64,000 bases of DNA from Candidatus Poribacteria bacterium (GTDB taxonomy: Bacteria; Poribacteria; WGA-4E; WGA-3G): NCBI GenBank assembly GCA_965197475.1, contig CBDANF010000003.1, forward strand, positions 3,520,001 through 3,584,000. The letters run 5' to 3'. The notes under the pieces are model-generated. The model searched no databases. It had not been told where the DNA came from and was given only the letters and a program-made list of their open reading frames with translations. Numbering within the stretch: the first letter of the stretch is position 1; every line of letters begins with the position of its first letter. Shown here in pieces: positions 1 to 9,754 of this stretch. The position numbers and the translations under genes were made by a program.

Positions 1-1
1 G

Positions 2-2071
2 CATACGGCTGAGGTCTATGCTGTGGCGTTCAGTCCGGATGGCAGAATAGTCGTAAGTGGGGGTTGGGACAACACAATCCGTTTGTGGGATGTCGTTACT
101 GCTGAAAACATCCACACACTCAAAGGGCATACAGCTGCGATTTCTTCCTTAGCGTTTAGTCCTGATGGGAAGATACTCGCAAGCGGAAGTTATGACCGGA
201 CTATCCGACTGTGGGATGTAGCTATTACTACAAACATTGCGACACTCACTGGGCATAAGGGTAGGGTCTTAACTGTGGCATTTAGTCCGGATGGCAAAAT
301 GGTTGCAAGTGGGAGTTGGGACGACACCGTCCGTTTTTGGGATGTAGCCACTGCTGAGAACATCAACACAATCACAGAGCATCCGGGTGATGTCTGGAGT
401 TTAGCGTTTAGCCCTGATGGCAAAACAATCGCAACTGGGGGTGAGACCCGCTATATCTATTTGTGGGATGTCGCCACTGCCGAAAAAATCAATACATTCA
501 CCCAGAGTAACCAGGGTGCCCTTAGCGTGGCATTCAGTCCTGATGGAAAAACAATCGCAAGCGGGGTTTATCCCAGGGGCATCCAACTGTGGGAAATAGC
601 CACTGCAAGAAGGATCGGTAGTTTTAGTGATACGTATCAAAAAATGAGTACGGTCGATAGTGTCGCATTCAGTCCAGACGGTAAAACAATCGCAACTGGG
701 AGTTGGGACCCTACCGTCCGTCTATGGACTATCACCAGATGTTTTAAAATCACGCCCTATCCCATAGTATCTCCCGCAATCGGTGAGAGGTTTACTATCA
801 ACATTGAAGCTGATATGGGACCAAAAGTACAGGAAGCCTATTTTAACTTATACTTTAATTCACGTGCCATTCGTTATGTTGAAACTACTGGCGGGGATTT
901 AATATATCTTTCAAGTACTTTTGAGTCGGACTTTACCTATACAACCAGCCTAGGTTTCGTAAGGTTTGAATCACGTTTTGGTCCAGGCAAAGGCACATTG
1001 GCAAAAATAACCTTTGAGGTGATTGATGTAAGAGAATCTAATATCAGATTTCAAGGCATAGGTTATATAAACACGCCCTATCTCATTTATGAAGGAAAGA
1101 TTATACCACCCGAGTTCTCCTCTCCTGCTGTTGTCAGCATTACCCCATCCGAAGTGCTGTCTCCTGCTATCGGTGAGCAACTTGTTTTTAACGTTAATAT
1201 TGCCGACGGTCAAAATGTTGCACGTTCTGAGTTAACACTGGACTATGATCAGTCCGCTCTTAAAGAGATATCGCGCAGTGAGGGAAATTATCTGTCTGGT
1301 GAGATTGGCAACGGTGACGGCACACTTGAGACGATAACATTTGAAGTTCTTGATGTCAAAGCCTCAACTGTAAGTGTCTCTGGGTATCTGGTTGCTCCAA
1401 ATGGATATCGTTATGTTCCTACCTTTCAAAGTGCAGAGGTGATTGAACCGCTTCTGGGAGATGTTAACAGAGATGGAGTCGTGAGCATCTTGGACGTGGT
1501 CCAGGTTGCATCAAGTTTGGGACAGGTTTCAGCAGGCGGAAACCCCGCAGATGTCAATGAGGATGGTGTTGTCAATATTGTAGATATGATTACAGTCGCT
1601 GGGGCGATCAATGACGCAGCTGCTGCGCCTGCAGTGTGGAATCGCTACCAAGGGGTTGCTTTTACAAGTGACCGAGTGCAAAAGTGGCTATCCCAAGCAC
1701 AACAACTGGATTTGACAGATGCAATTGCACAAAAGGGCATTCTCTTTTTAGAAAATCTCTTAGCATTGTTGACACCGAAAGAGACAGCACTTCTACCGAA
1801 TTATCCAAATCCGTTCAACCCTGAAACGTGGATACCTTATCAATTAGCAGAACCCGCAGATGTAACGATTTCCATTTACGCAGTAGATGGAACAGTGATA
1901 CGTACCCTCAACCTTGGACATAAAACTGCGGGAATCTATCATGATCAAACCCGTGCGGCATATTGGGATGGTAAAAATGAAGTCGGTGAGGCGGTTGCAA
2001 GTGGTGTCTATTTCTATACTTTAACAGCAGGCAGCTTCAACTCTACGCGGAAGATGCTGATATGGAAATAG
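2..2071 (+). CDS. WD40-repeat protein with cohesin-like, dockerin and C-terminal FlgD-Ig/T9SS-like sorting domain (5' partial)
   Basis: Six visible AFSPDG...W WD40 repeats; dockerin GDVNRDGVVSILD/ADVNEDGVVNIVD; C-terminal LLPNYPNPFNPETWIPY...GVYFYTL. Frame is open from the window start. Confidence 0.85.
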   Translation, partial: HTAEVYAVAFSPDGRIVVSGGWDNTIRLWDVVTAENIHTLKGHTAAISSLAFSPDGKILASGSYDRTIRLWDVAITTNIATLTGHKGRVLTVAFSPDGKMVASGSWDDTVRFWDVATAENINTITEHPGDVWSLAFSPDGKTIATGGETRYIYLWDVATAEKINTFTQSNQGALSVAFSPDGKTIASGVYPRGIQLWEIATARRIGSFSDTYQKMSTVDSVAFSPDGKTIATGSWDPTVRLWTITRCFKITPYPIVSPAIGERFTINIEADMGPKVQEAYFNLYFNSRAIRYVETTGGDLIYLSSTFESDFTYTTSLGFVRFESRFGPGKGTLAKITFEVIDVRESNIRFQGIGYINTPYLIYEGKIIPPEFSSPAVVSITPSEVLSPAIGEQLVFNVNIADGQNVARSELTLDYDQSALKEISRSEGNYLSGEIGNGDGTLETITFEVLDVKASTVSVSGYLVAPNGYRYVPTFQSAEVIEPLLGDVNRDGVVSILDVVQVASSLGQVSAGGNPADVNEDGVVNIVDMITVAGAINDAAAAPAVWNRYQGVAFTSDRVQKWLSQAQQLDLTDAIAQKGILFLENLLALLTPKETALLPNYPNPFNPETWIPYQLAEPADVTISIYAVDGTVIRTLNLGHKTAGIYHDQTRAAYWDGKNEVGEAVASGVYFYTLTAGSFNSTRKMLIWK

Positions 2072-2196
2072 TATCAAATGACCATAGGATATCTGGAAGG
2101 TTGATGTTTATTGGCTTCCCAGCGATCATTAATGAGTGGGTTGCGTTGGGATCGCGAGCATCCTCTTTGAGAAATGATGCGTTTAGCGATAAACGT
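2071..2196 (-). ncRNA. Candidate structured RNA (~125 nt) at the element end
   Basis: Downstream of the promoter: consecutive hairpins CGTTTA-tcgc-TAAACG, GCATC..CTCaaaGAG-GATGC and TCCCAaCG...CGcTGGGA. Expression is inferred, not shown. Confidence 0.35.
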
Positions 2197-2202
2197 GTCT
2201 AA

Positions 2203-2231
2203 AGTATAGCAAAACCAGTAGCGGTTGTCAA
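2203..2231 (-). promoter_or_regulatory. Near-consensus sigma70 promoter pointing out of the element's downstream end
   Basis: Minus strand reads TTGACA-N17-TATACT with an extended -10 TG. Confidence 0.7.
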
Positions 2232-2298
2232 CCATATTTTCAAGGCACCTGCCCCGGTTTTGCGAAGTAAAGTTCGTCGGGAACATAGGATTAGGGTC

Positions 2299-3183
2299 TC
2301 ATTGGGCTTCTCCTTGGTGAGTGGCTTCATCGTTTGAGTCTGAATTGGCAAGGTCTGCATCTATGGCTTGGAGTTGGTGCTGCGGTATGAGGTCGAGATA
2401 TTGAGAGATGACGCGTTTAGAAAGTCGTGTAATCTGTGAGATTTTATCAATATCTGCGGTTGCTTTCCGAACGACTTTGACGCTCTCATAATCGCGAATG
2501 TATCTATCAACTGCCTCCTTAGAGTGTTTGGTCTTTGCGGCAATCCTGGGGGTGAGATGTCCTTGAAGATAGAGGGTTATGATCTCTTTCTTATGGGTAA
2601 TAGCCCCCGATAAGTCATGGATATTGCCACGGGTGGGCAAGAGTTCTCCAGTGGTTTTTTGCCATTCATTAACATAATCACAGACAACGGCATCGCAGAC
2701 ATTGAGCAAAACTGCCAAGTCGAGTTGTGTCAATAATGCCCCTTGGTCATAAGCTTGATGACACCAGCGGACCAAGCGATTGATCCGCAATTGCCGGGAG
2801 GTGAAACCGTTGCGAAAGGATTCAATATCCTCTGCGGCGAGGTAAGTCAGGATGACGGGTTTCATGCGGGTTTTGACGATGGACTTTCCTCTTTCTGGAT
2901 GCTCTTCAATAGGGACGGCCATCCAAACGAGTTGTCCATAACTCAAGAAACGCTCATCCGGGAGTTGATCGCCGGTGGCGAGTTTCTCCAAAGGAAGGGT
3001 AATCACGAAATAGTCTTCAACGGTCTTAAGAATATCATCAACAATGGCGGTGGCAGTGACTTCGCCTTTGTCATAACCATAGTCATTGAGAAAGCGGTGA
3101 ATGAGCAACTGTCGTAGGGACTTATCGTTGATGCGTCTGAATTTCTTCTCGTTGATTTGCGTGCGGGTTAGAGGTTTGCTCAT
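2299..3183 (-). CDS. DUF1670-like protein (paralog B)
   Basis: AYDQGALLTQLDLAVLL, TRGNIHD, THKKEII and HSKEAVDRY motifs; start overlaps the stop of paralog A (ATGA). Confidence 0.75.
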   Translation of the reverse strand: MSKPLTRTQINEKKFRRINDKSLRQLLIHRFLNDYGYDKGEVTATAIVDDILKTVEDYFVITLPLEKLATGDQLPDERFLSYGQLVWMAVPIEEHPERGKSIVKTRMKPVILTYLAAEDIESFRNGFTSRQLRINRLVRWCHQAYDQGALLTQLDLAVLLNVCDAVVCDYVNEWQKTTGELLPTRGNIHDLSGAITHKKEIITLYLQGHLTPRIAAKTKHSKEAVDRYIRDYESVKVVRKATADIDKISQITRLSKRVISQYLDLIPQHQLQAIDADLANSDSNDEATHQGEAQ

Positions 3184-3980
3184 GAGAGGTCCCCCTTTTT
3201 TGTGTCCTCAGGTTCTGGGTGAAGGAGTTGGGTCATGCGATCTGTGTGTTGGTATTCCTCATAGAGTGAGAGATACTCGCGGATCAACCGGTCAGATAGA
3301 TGGGTGATCAGGCGTATCTGTGCGTTAGGAAAGCCTTGATGATGGAGCGTAGCGACTTGTGTAAAGTCTTTCAAGTAGCGGTAGACAGCTCGTTCGCTGT
3401 GGTTCGTCTTTTTCTCGATTTCGGTGAAGGTATAGGCTTTGAAATATAACTCCAGGACCTGGGTTTTATGAGAAGTGCCGGGGCCCATGTCGTGTTTCGT
3501 CCCGCGCGTCATAACGAAATACCCATCCTGCTTCAAGTGTCGAATGTCGCGTTTGACTGTAGCAGGACTGGTGGTTAATAATACAGCTAAATCCTCGTAG
3601 CTCAGTAAGGCATCTTGGTCATAAGCTTCTTGGGTCAATCGGAGGATCCGATGCCGTCTGAGTCCTGCGAGACCATAATTCGCTAAGACTTCAAGATCGG
3701 CGTTTGTGTCATTGAGAGTTAGCCGACAGGAAACTTTTTTCGCTAAAGCGATATGTTTACCTGCGGGTTCCTCTGCGGCGACTGCCTCGTAGCAGATTTG
3801 CCCTGATGTCAGGTGCACATCGGCGTGTTGTTCAAAGTAGGTGGAAATCTGTTTATAGTAGGCTTCAGCAACGAGAGGCATTAGATTAAAGTCTGCTGAA
3901 ATCTTCTGAATAATCGCGGCTCTGGCATTCTTGGATTCGAGCCGAGTGATACCGTAAGCGGTATCCTTCTTGCGGTTCAT
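3180..3980 (-). CDS. DUF1670-like protein (paralog A)
   Basis: AYDQDALLSYEDLAVLL, TRGTKHD, SHKTQV and HSERAVYRY motifs; GGAGG RBS before ATG at 3980. Confidence 0.75.
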   Translation of the reverse strand: MNRKKDTAYGITRLESKNARAAIIQKISADFNLMPLVAEAYYKQISTYFEQHADVHLTSGQICYEAVAAEEPAGKHIALAKKVSCRLTLNDTNADLEVLANYGLAGLRRHRILRLTQEAYDQDALLSYEDLAVLLTTSPATVKRDIRHLKQDGYFVMTRGTKHDMGPGTSHKTQVLELYFKAYTFTEIEKKTNHSERAVYRYLKDFTQVATLHHQGFPNAQIRLITHLSDRLIREYLSLYEEYQHTDRMTQLLHPEPEDTKKGDLS

Positions 3981-4120
3981 ATCGACCTCCATGAATAGAT
4001 TATCGGGGATCCGAGGACATCTACTCGTTAGTTTAACGAATACTAATAGTATAACTCATGGGGTCATTTGATACAAACTATAAGTAAACTCCACTCATTA
4101 AACAAGCAGGAGAAACATTA

Positions 4121-4708
4121 ATGGACATCTTGCATAGCGTTCGTAATGCGCTGTTAGATGCACAGGACGTGCTTAATCGGTTTATCCAAAACCCTGACAA
4201 TATCGCAATCATTGCCGAAACAGCAGCCCTGATGCGAGACGTTTTTGAACAGCAGGGAAGAATCTTTACGTGTGGCAATGGTGGCAGTTTGTGCGATGCC
4301 ATCCACTTTGCAGAAGAGTGCACCGGAAAGTTTCGGGATAATCGGAAACCTCTTCCTGTTATTGCGCTAAGCGATGCAGGGCATATCACCTGCACAGCAA
4401 ACGATTTCGGGTTTGCGGAGGTGTTCGCTCGTCCACTGCTGGCACTTGGACACCCCGGTGATCTGTTAGTGGCACTCTCAACAAGTGGTAATTCGGAAAA
4501 TGTTGTTCGTGCGGCTGAAGCAGCAAAATCACGACAGATGCACGTGTTCGGGTTGATCGGTAGAGATGGCGGAAGGCTCAAACACCATTGTAATACTTAC
4601 CTAATTGCGCCTGGTGATACCGCAGATCGGATACAGGAAATCCATATTAAGGTATTACATATTTTGATTGAGCATATTGAACGACTAATGTTTCCTGAGA
4701 ATTATTGA
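4121..4708 (+). CDS. gmhA: D-sedoheptulose-7-phosphate isomerase
   Basis: SIS motifs CGNGGS, ANDFG, STSGNSENV, RIQEIH. Confidence 0.9.
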   Translation: MDILHSVRNALLDAQDVLNRFIQNPDNIAIIAETAALMRDVFEQQGRIFTCGNGGSLCDAIHFAEECTGKFRDNRKPLPVIALSDAGHITCTANDFGFAEVFARPLLALGHPGDLLVALSTSGNSENVVRAAEAAKSRQMHVFGLIGRDGGRLKHHCNTYLIAPGDTADRIQEIHIKVLHILIEHIERLMFPENY

Positions 4709-4733
4709 CAAAATTACAGTATTATGATACTAT
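4705..4733 (+). promoter_or_regulatory. sigma70-like promoter for the symporter operon
   Basis: TTGACA-N17-TACTAT upstream of the GGAGG RBS at ~4778. Confidence 0.55.
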
Positions 4734-4792
4734 TCAGTATAGGTAAGAATATCACCTTTAAGATTTGCAGTTAAGCGGAGGAGAATAATTTT

Positions 4793-5068
4793 TTGGCAAC
4801 TTCAAATAAACACCGGGCATATTGGCGGAAAAATCTACAATATCTCGCTATTCTACTCGGAATTTGGTTTATTACATCGTATCTATGCTCAATTGTTTTT
4901 GTCGAACAACTTGACAAAATTCAATTCGGTGGGTTGCGCCTCGGCTTCTATTTTGCACAGCAAGCATCTATATGGATTTTTGTTGTACTGATTTTTGTCT
5001 ACGCATGGTTGATGAACCGTTTAGATAAAAAATATCAGGCTGATCGTGATGCGGAGGATTCTGAATAA
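4793..5068 (+). CDS. Sodium:solute symporter small subunit (DUF4212/DUF485-like)
   Basis: YWRKNL...GFYFAQQ...MNRLDKKY; two TM helices; adjacent to an SSS gene. Confidence 0.8.
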   Translation: MATSNKHRAYWRKNLQYLAILLGIWFITSYLCSIVFVEQLDKIQFGGLRLGFYFAQQASIWIFVVLIFVYAWLMNRLDKKYQADRDAEDSE

Positions 5069-5070
5069 AC

Positions 5071-6760
5071 ATGAGTGTACAAGCCTGGACTTTCGTAATG
5101 GTTGGCCTCACCTTTGCATTGTATATCGGACTTGCGGTCTGGTCCAGAGCACGTTCAACAGGGGACTTCTATGTTGCTGGCAGCAACGTGCATCCGGTTG
5201 TGAACGGATGGCAACAGCGGCGGATTGGATGAGTGCTGCATCCTTCATCTCAATGGCAGGACTCATTTCGTTTATGGGACGCGACGGATCCGTCTACCTG
5301 CTTGGATGGACCGGCGGATATGTGTTACTTGCACTGCTATTGGCACCCTACCTCCGTAAATTCGGTAAGTATACCGTGCCCGATTTTGTCGGTGATCGGT
5401 ATTATTCACAGTTGGCACGGGTTGTTGCTGTTGTGTGCGCTGTGTTTGTCTCATTTACCTACGTCGCAGGACAGATGCGCGGTGTCGGTATTGTCTTTTC
5501 CCGGTTTCTGAATGTCAATATTACAATAGGTGTACTGATAGGCATGGGGATTGTGTTCTTTTATGCTGTCCTCGGAGGGATGAAAGGCATTACCTACACG
5601 CAGGTTGCACAATATTGTGTCCTCATGTTTGCTTACCTCGTGCCTGCTATTTTCATCTCAATCTTAATTACCGGCAACCCTATTCCCAGTTGGGATTGGG
5701 CGCAGCAGATAATACAGGCGTGTACCTCTTAGACCGCCTCAACGGACTGCACGAAGCACTCGGTTTTGATCGGTACACTGATGGAAGCAAATCTACGATT
5801 GATGTCTTTTTCATTACGGCTGCCCTAATGTTAGGAACAGCCGGACTTCCGCACGTGATTATCCGTTTCTACACAGTCCGAAAAGCTTCAGAAGCAAGGA
5901 TTTCTGCAGGATGGGCATTACTATTTATTGCACTGCTCTATACAACTGCCCCCGCAGTAGCAATCTTTGCACGAACTAATCTCCTCAATACTGTAACTTC
6001 TGAACAGGATGGCGAATTAATAGATGTCAAATATCAGGACGTGCCAGAGTGGTTTAAGAATTGGGAAGCGATTAAACTTATTACGTTTAACGATTTAAAC
6101 GGTGATGGTGCAATTCAGTACCGTGGACCAAAATCCGATGTAGAGAATGAACTCGAAATTGACAGGGACATCATGGTGTTGGCGAATCCGGAAATCGCGA
6201 AACTTCCGAATTGGATTGTAGGATTAGTTGCAGCGGGTGGCTTGGCAGCCGCTTTGTTTACAGCGGCCGGACTTCTTTTAGTTATCTCAACTGCTATTGC
6301 CCATGACTTACTTAAAGGTTGTATTGTCCGAGATTTATCAGAGAAAAACGAATTGACCGCAGCACGAATCGCAGCCGGTTTTGCGGTCTGCATCACAGGC
6401 TATTTTGGTATCAACCCACCCGGATTTGTAGGACAAGTCGTCGCATTTGCTTTTGGACTCGCTGCAAGTTCATTTTTCCCCGCAATCGTCATGGGAATTT
6501 TCTCTAAGCGGATGAACAAAGCTGGCGCAGTAACAGGAATGATTGTCGGTATCACTTTTACAGCAGCGTATATCATCTTTTTCAAATTTATAGAACCCGA
6601 TCTTAACAAGCCAGAGCATTGGCTATGGGGCATATCCCCTGAAGGAATCGGTACTCTCGGCATGGTGTTAAATTTTATTGTTGCTACTACCGTATCTGCT
6701 TTCACGCCGCCTCCACCTGAAGAGGTGCAAGCAATGGTTGAAGAAATTCGAGTTCCCTAA
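5071..6760 (+). CDS. actP: Cation/acetate symporter ActP-like (SSS family), two apparent frameshifts (~5207, ~5688)
   Basis: MSVQAWT...FYVAG / [13 protein letters not shown] / [15 protein letters not shown] lie in three successive frames. Confidence 0.75.
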
Positions 6761-6775
6761 AATGGAGGTGTTCTG

Positions 6776-8461
6776 ATGAAATTCAAAACCTTAGTTCAAG
6801 ATCACAGTTCATCACTGCCTTGGATTAACATACTTAAATTAATCATTTTCACACTTTTAATAGTTGGTATTCCTGTTTCCGCACACGCAGCAAAGGTGAC
6901 TAACTTTATTCCCGCAGAAAGTTTCGTATACGTCCAACTTAAAGATATTGATGAAGTTTACAGTGAAATTGAGATTTCGGAAAATTGGGAGAAAACCCGC
7001 GATCTACTCATAGACAAAGCAGATTGGCAGCAAATGCAACAGGGTTTGTTGATGGCACAAGGGATCGTTCGCACTGATGTGTTCGGTTTAATTGACACTG
7101 TAGGATACCAAACAGGGTTCGCATTGTGGAAATCAGAGACAGATACCGTTCAGGGTGGATTTGTTGTGCATTCAGGTGGAAATCTTGCAGAACTGCAACG
7201 ATTGACCAAAATTTTGACCGGTTTTATTGGTTTGTCTGAAGGCACGTTAAAACTTAATGCAGGGGAATATAGGGGGGTTAAATACAATACACTCCAGTTA
7301 CAGGAAGTCCTTTTCACTTATGGATTTGTAAGTGATTTTCTTGTTGTAGGCATTGAGGAGAATAGTTTTGAAAAGTTAATTGACACCTACCGCAAGAGAG
7401 TACCATCTATTCAAAAAAGCATATCGTATTCAAAAGCTTCTAAAAAGTTCGGGGAAGGACAATTGAGCGTTTCGATTAATGTATCAGAGGTATTGCCTTT
7501 GGTCGAAGATATGGATGCTAATGTGAGAGTACAACTGGAGACTTTTAAAAATGTTTATGCTAAACTCAACTTGCTTGATACAAAGCCGCTTCTTCAGATT
7601 TATACCGAATTCGATCCCACCCTCCTAGAAAGCAAAATTGGGCCTTTTCTGCAAGAGGGGGGCGAAATGGAAATACTTAAAAGCTTGCCTGGGGAGGAAG
7701 ACCTGTTTATTGCTGTTGCGCCAAGCTGCTTAGAAAATGTGTGGCAGCTTGCTCAAATTGCAATTGAAAATGCAGAATCGGATGAGGCTTATGCTTTCAT
7801 TACGTTTCTTGAAGGGATTTTGAATCTCAACTTTGAGGAAGATGTCATCGCTGGTTTGACTGGCGAAATCGCCTTGTCTGTTGATGATTTAACGCTGTTT
7901 GATCCGAATGCTTTGGAAAGCCTTGAACTTGAAATAGATAACAACTTTGAGATTGATGCAGCAAACGTAGATACACTCGGAAGCTTAATTTTCTTTCCCA
8001 GTAACCGCCTCAAATGGGATCAAATAAGTAACAGTCTTTCTAACCTGCAGAATACTTCTGTATCCCACACTAACTATAAAGGCACAAAAGTTGCGATGTT
8101 TGCTTCGAATATCTACTATGCTGAAAGGGATGGGCTCGCTCTTTTAAGTTTTTCTGAAGACCAGATGTATTCAATCGTAGATGAACTTCAGGCAAAAAAG
8201 AAGCCATCCTACTTAAAGCGTTTACCTAAAAACCCACTGGTAGTTGTAAAACTAAACATTGCGAAGTTGTTAGAGTTGATTAATGGTGCTATGCAGATAG
8301 AAAATGATGTTGTACCAGCAGATGAAATATTTCCGATCCTTGCTTGGATAACAGTCAAAGAAAATGAGGCAGTGTTAGAAGTGACACTTTCAGAGAAAGA
8401 ATCGCCGCTTGAGATATTGATAAAATTCGCACCTTTTATCGCTTCCCACCTGAAGAATTAG
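6776..8461 (+). CDS. Exported hypothetical protein (DUF3352-like)
   Basis: 561-aa ORF with signal peptide (…SAHA) and GGAGG RBS. Confidence 0.55.
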   Translation: MKFKTLVQDHSSSLPWINILKLIIFTLLIVGIPVSAHAAKVTNFIPAESFVYVQLKDIDEVYSEIEISENWEKTRDLLIDKADWQQMQQGLLMAQGIVRTDVFGLIDTVGYQTGFALWKSETDTVQGGFVVHSGGNLAELQRLTKILTGFIGLSEGTLKLNAGEYRGVKYNTLQLQEVLFTYGFVSDFLVVGIEENSFEKLIDTYRKRVPSIQKSISYSKASKKFGEGQLSVSINVSEVLPLVEDMDANVRVQLETFKNVYAKLNLLDTKPLLQIYTEFDPTLLESKIGPFLQEGGEMEILKSLPGEEDLFIAVAPSCLENVWQLAQIAIENAESDEAYAFITFLEGILNLNFEEDVIAGLTGEIALSVDDLTLFDPNALESLELEIDNNFEIDAANVDTLGSLIFFPSNRLKWDQISNSLSNLQNTSVSHTNYKGTKVAMFASNIYYAERDGLALLSFSEDQMYSIVDELQAKKKPSYLKRLPKNPLVVVKLNIAKLLELINGAMQIENDVVPADEIFPILAWITVKENEAVLEVTLSEKESPLEILIKFAPFIASHLKN

Positions 8462-8476
8462 GAGGATAGCAAAGTA

Positions 8477-8749
8477 ATGTTTGCTCGGATTAGAACACTC
8501 AATCAAAAAACAAAATGGATGAAGTGGCCAAGTATTGTTCTTTGCTTGCTCATTGGAATATATAATTTTGTTGATGGTTATACATTTCTGCAAGATGAAC
8601 CAGGCCACCGATCAGGGATACTACTCATTATCTCTGGTTCGTTTTTCCTCTTAAGTGGTGTCTTTCAATGCTTATCACGTTATCTCACTGCTAATGTTGT
8701 TGGCGCAATCTCAGCTGTTGTAGCAGTGGTTATATTTTTCATCGCGTAA
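8477..8749 (+). CDS. Small membrane protein
   Basis: AGGAGG RBS; three hydrophobic segments. Confidence 0.5.
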   Translation: MFARIRTLNQKTKWMKWPSIVLCLLIGIYNFVDGYTFLQDEPGHRSGILLIISGSFFLLSGVFQCLSRYLTANVVGAISAVVAVVIFFIA

Positions 8750-8891
8750 TCTCATTCTTGGATAAGACCGTAATTTAGTGTGTTGGTAAATTTAGAAAGG
8801 AGCCTGCATTTTCCCAGATATATGCTGTTGAGGTGTGAAAAGTTCCATTTTGTGACGTGTCCCTCAACTAAAGTAGATAACATGAGAGAAC

Positions 8892-9719
8892 TTGCAGGAT
8901 TTTGAAATGATAGATGTCTGTTTTTTTGCTGATGAAGTTTCCAGAGAAGATTTTGAGGAAGCTATAAAACTCGGTGTGGAAGCCGGTGCCACTGCTGCGG
9001 AAGTGCGTGGTGGCGTTTGGGGCAAACACGTTACCGAAATTGATGATGACGACGTAAAGCGCGCGCAGGATGTACTAAGTTCTTATGATGTCAAGGTTGT
9101 CAGTATCGGTTCACCTTTCGGGAAATGCCCAATAGACAATCCACAGGAGTATGAACGGCACCTACGACACTTCGATCGAATGGTTGAACTTGCACATGCA
9201 TTTGAAACACAGATAATTCGAGGATTTGCATTTTGGAATCCAAATCGTAGGCTTAAAGAGACATCCCGCCCGGATATTAACGATTATTTGGAACGAATTG
9301 CTGAAAAACTTGCCCCTGTCGTTCCAATTGCTGAGAGCGCAAACGTTATCCTCGCTTTTGAAAATGAAGATGCCACACTTGTGGGCACCTGTGAAGAGAC
9401 ACGTGCAGTTATTGATGCGCTTGGTAATAGTCCGGCACTCGCTTCATGTTGGGATGTTAATAACGGTTTACACTGTGGTGAACTCCCTTTACCGGATGGA
9501 TATTCACATATTAAGGGACTTGTGCGGCATGTGCATGTCAAACCGAATCGAGAGAAAAATCTGGATCCGATTCGAGACACAGACTTAAAATATGAACAGT
9601 TGTTAAGAACACTTGTCAATGATGGGTTTACCGGCGCAGCAAGCATTGAACATTGGGGAAACCCGCAACAGATGTTAGATGGTATTCGTCAACTTCGCGC
9701 TGTTGTTGAGGCAATGTAA
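8892..9719 (+). CDS. Sugar phosphate isomerase/epimerase (xylose isomerase-like TIM barrel)
   Basis: FADE, IGSPFGK, AFENE, WDVNN, HVHVK and SIEH metal ligands; start may be 8907. Confidence 0.8.
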   Translation: MQDFEMIDVCFFADEVSREDFEEAIKLGVEAGATAAEVRGGVWGKHVTEIDDDDVKRAQDVLSSYDVKVVSIGSPFGKCPIDNPQEYERHLRHFDRMVELAHAFETQIIRGFAFWNPNRRLKETSRPDINDYLERIAEKLAPVVPIAESANVILAFENEDATLVGTCEETRAVIDALGNSPALASCWDVNNGLHCGELPLPDGYSHIKGLVRHVHVKPNREKNLDPIRDTDLKYEQLLRTLVNDGFTGAASIEHWGNPQQMLDGIRQLRAVVEAM

Positions 9720-9754
9720 CCTCTACACCAAAAACGTAAGGAAAATTTTTTATT

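Larger units (their letters stand above)
2071..4074 (-). mobile_element. Putative IS-like element with 13-bp TIRs encoding two DUF1670-like paralogs
   Basis: GTATCAAATGACC (2071-2083) and its exact reverse complement GGTCATTTGATAC (4062-4074) bracket the two ORFs; no direct target duplication seen. Confidence 0.75.

Noticed and set aside
2074-2286. 70-aa ORF at the DUF1670-like element end as a third gene
   Set aside because: No clear RBS or motif, and it overlaps a consensus promoter and hairpins; a noncoding role fits better, though not proven.
5071-6760. Frameshifts in actP, the discoidin gene, dndD and the BglII-type genes as programmed frameshifting or genome decay
   Set aside because: Most are single-base changes in short homopolymers in otherwise intact genes, typical of long-read consensus errors. 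They cannot be called biological without the reads.
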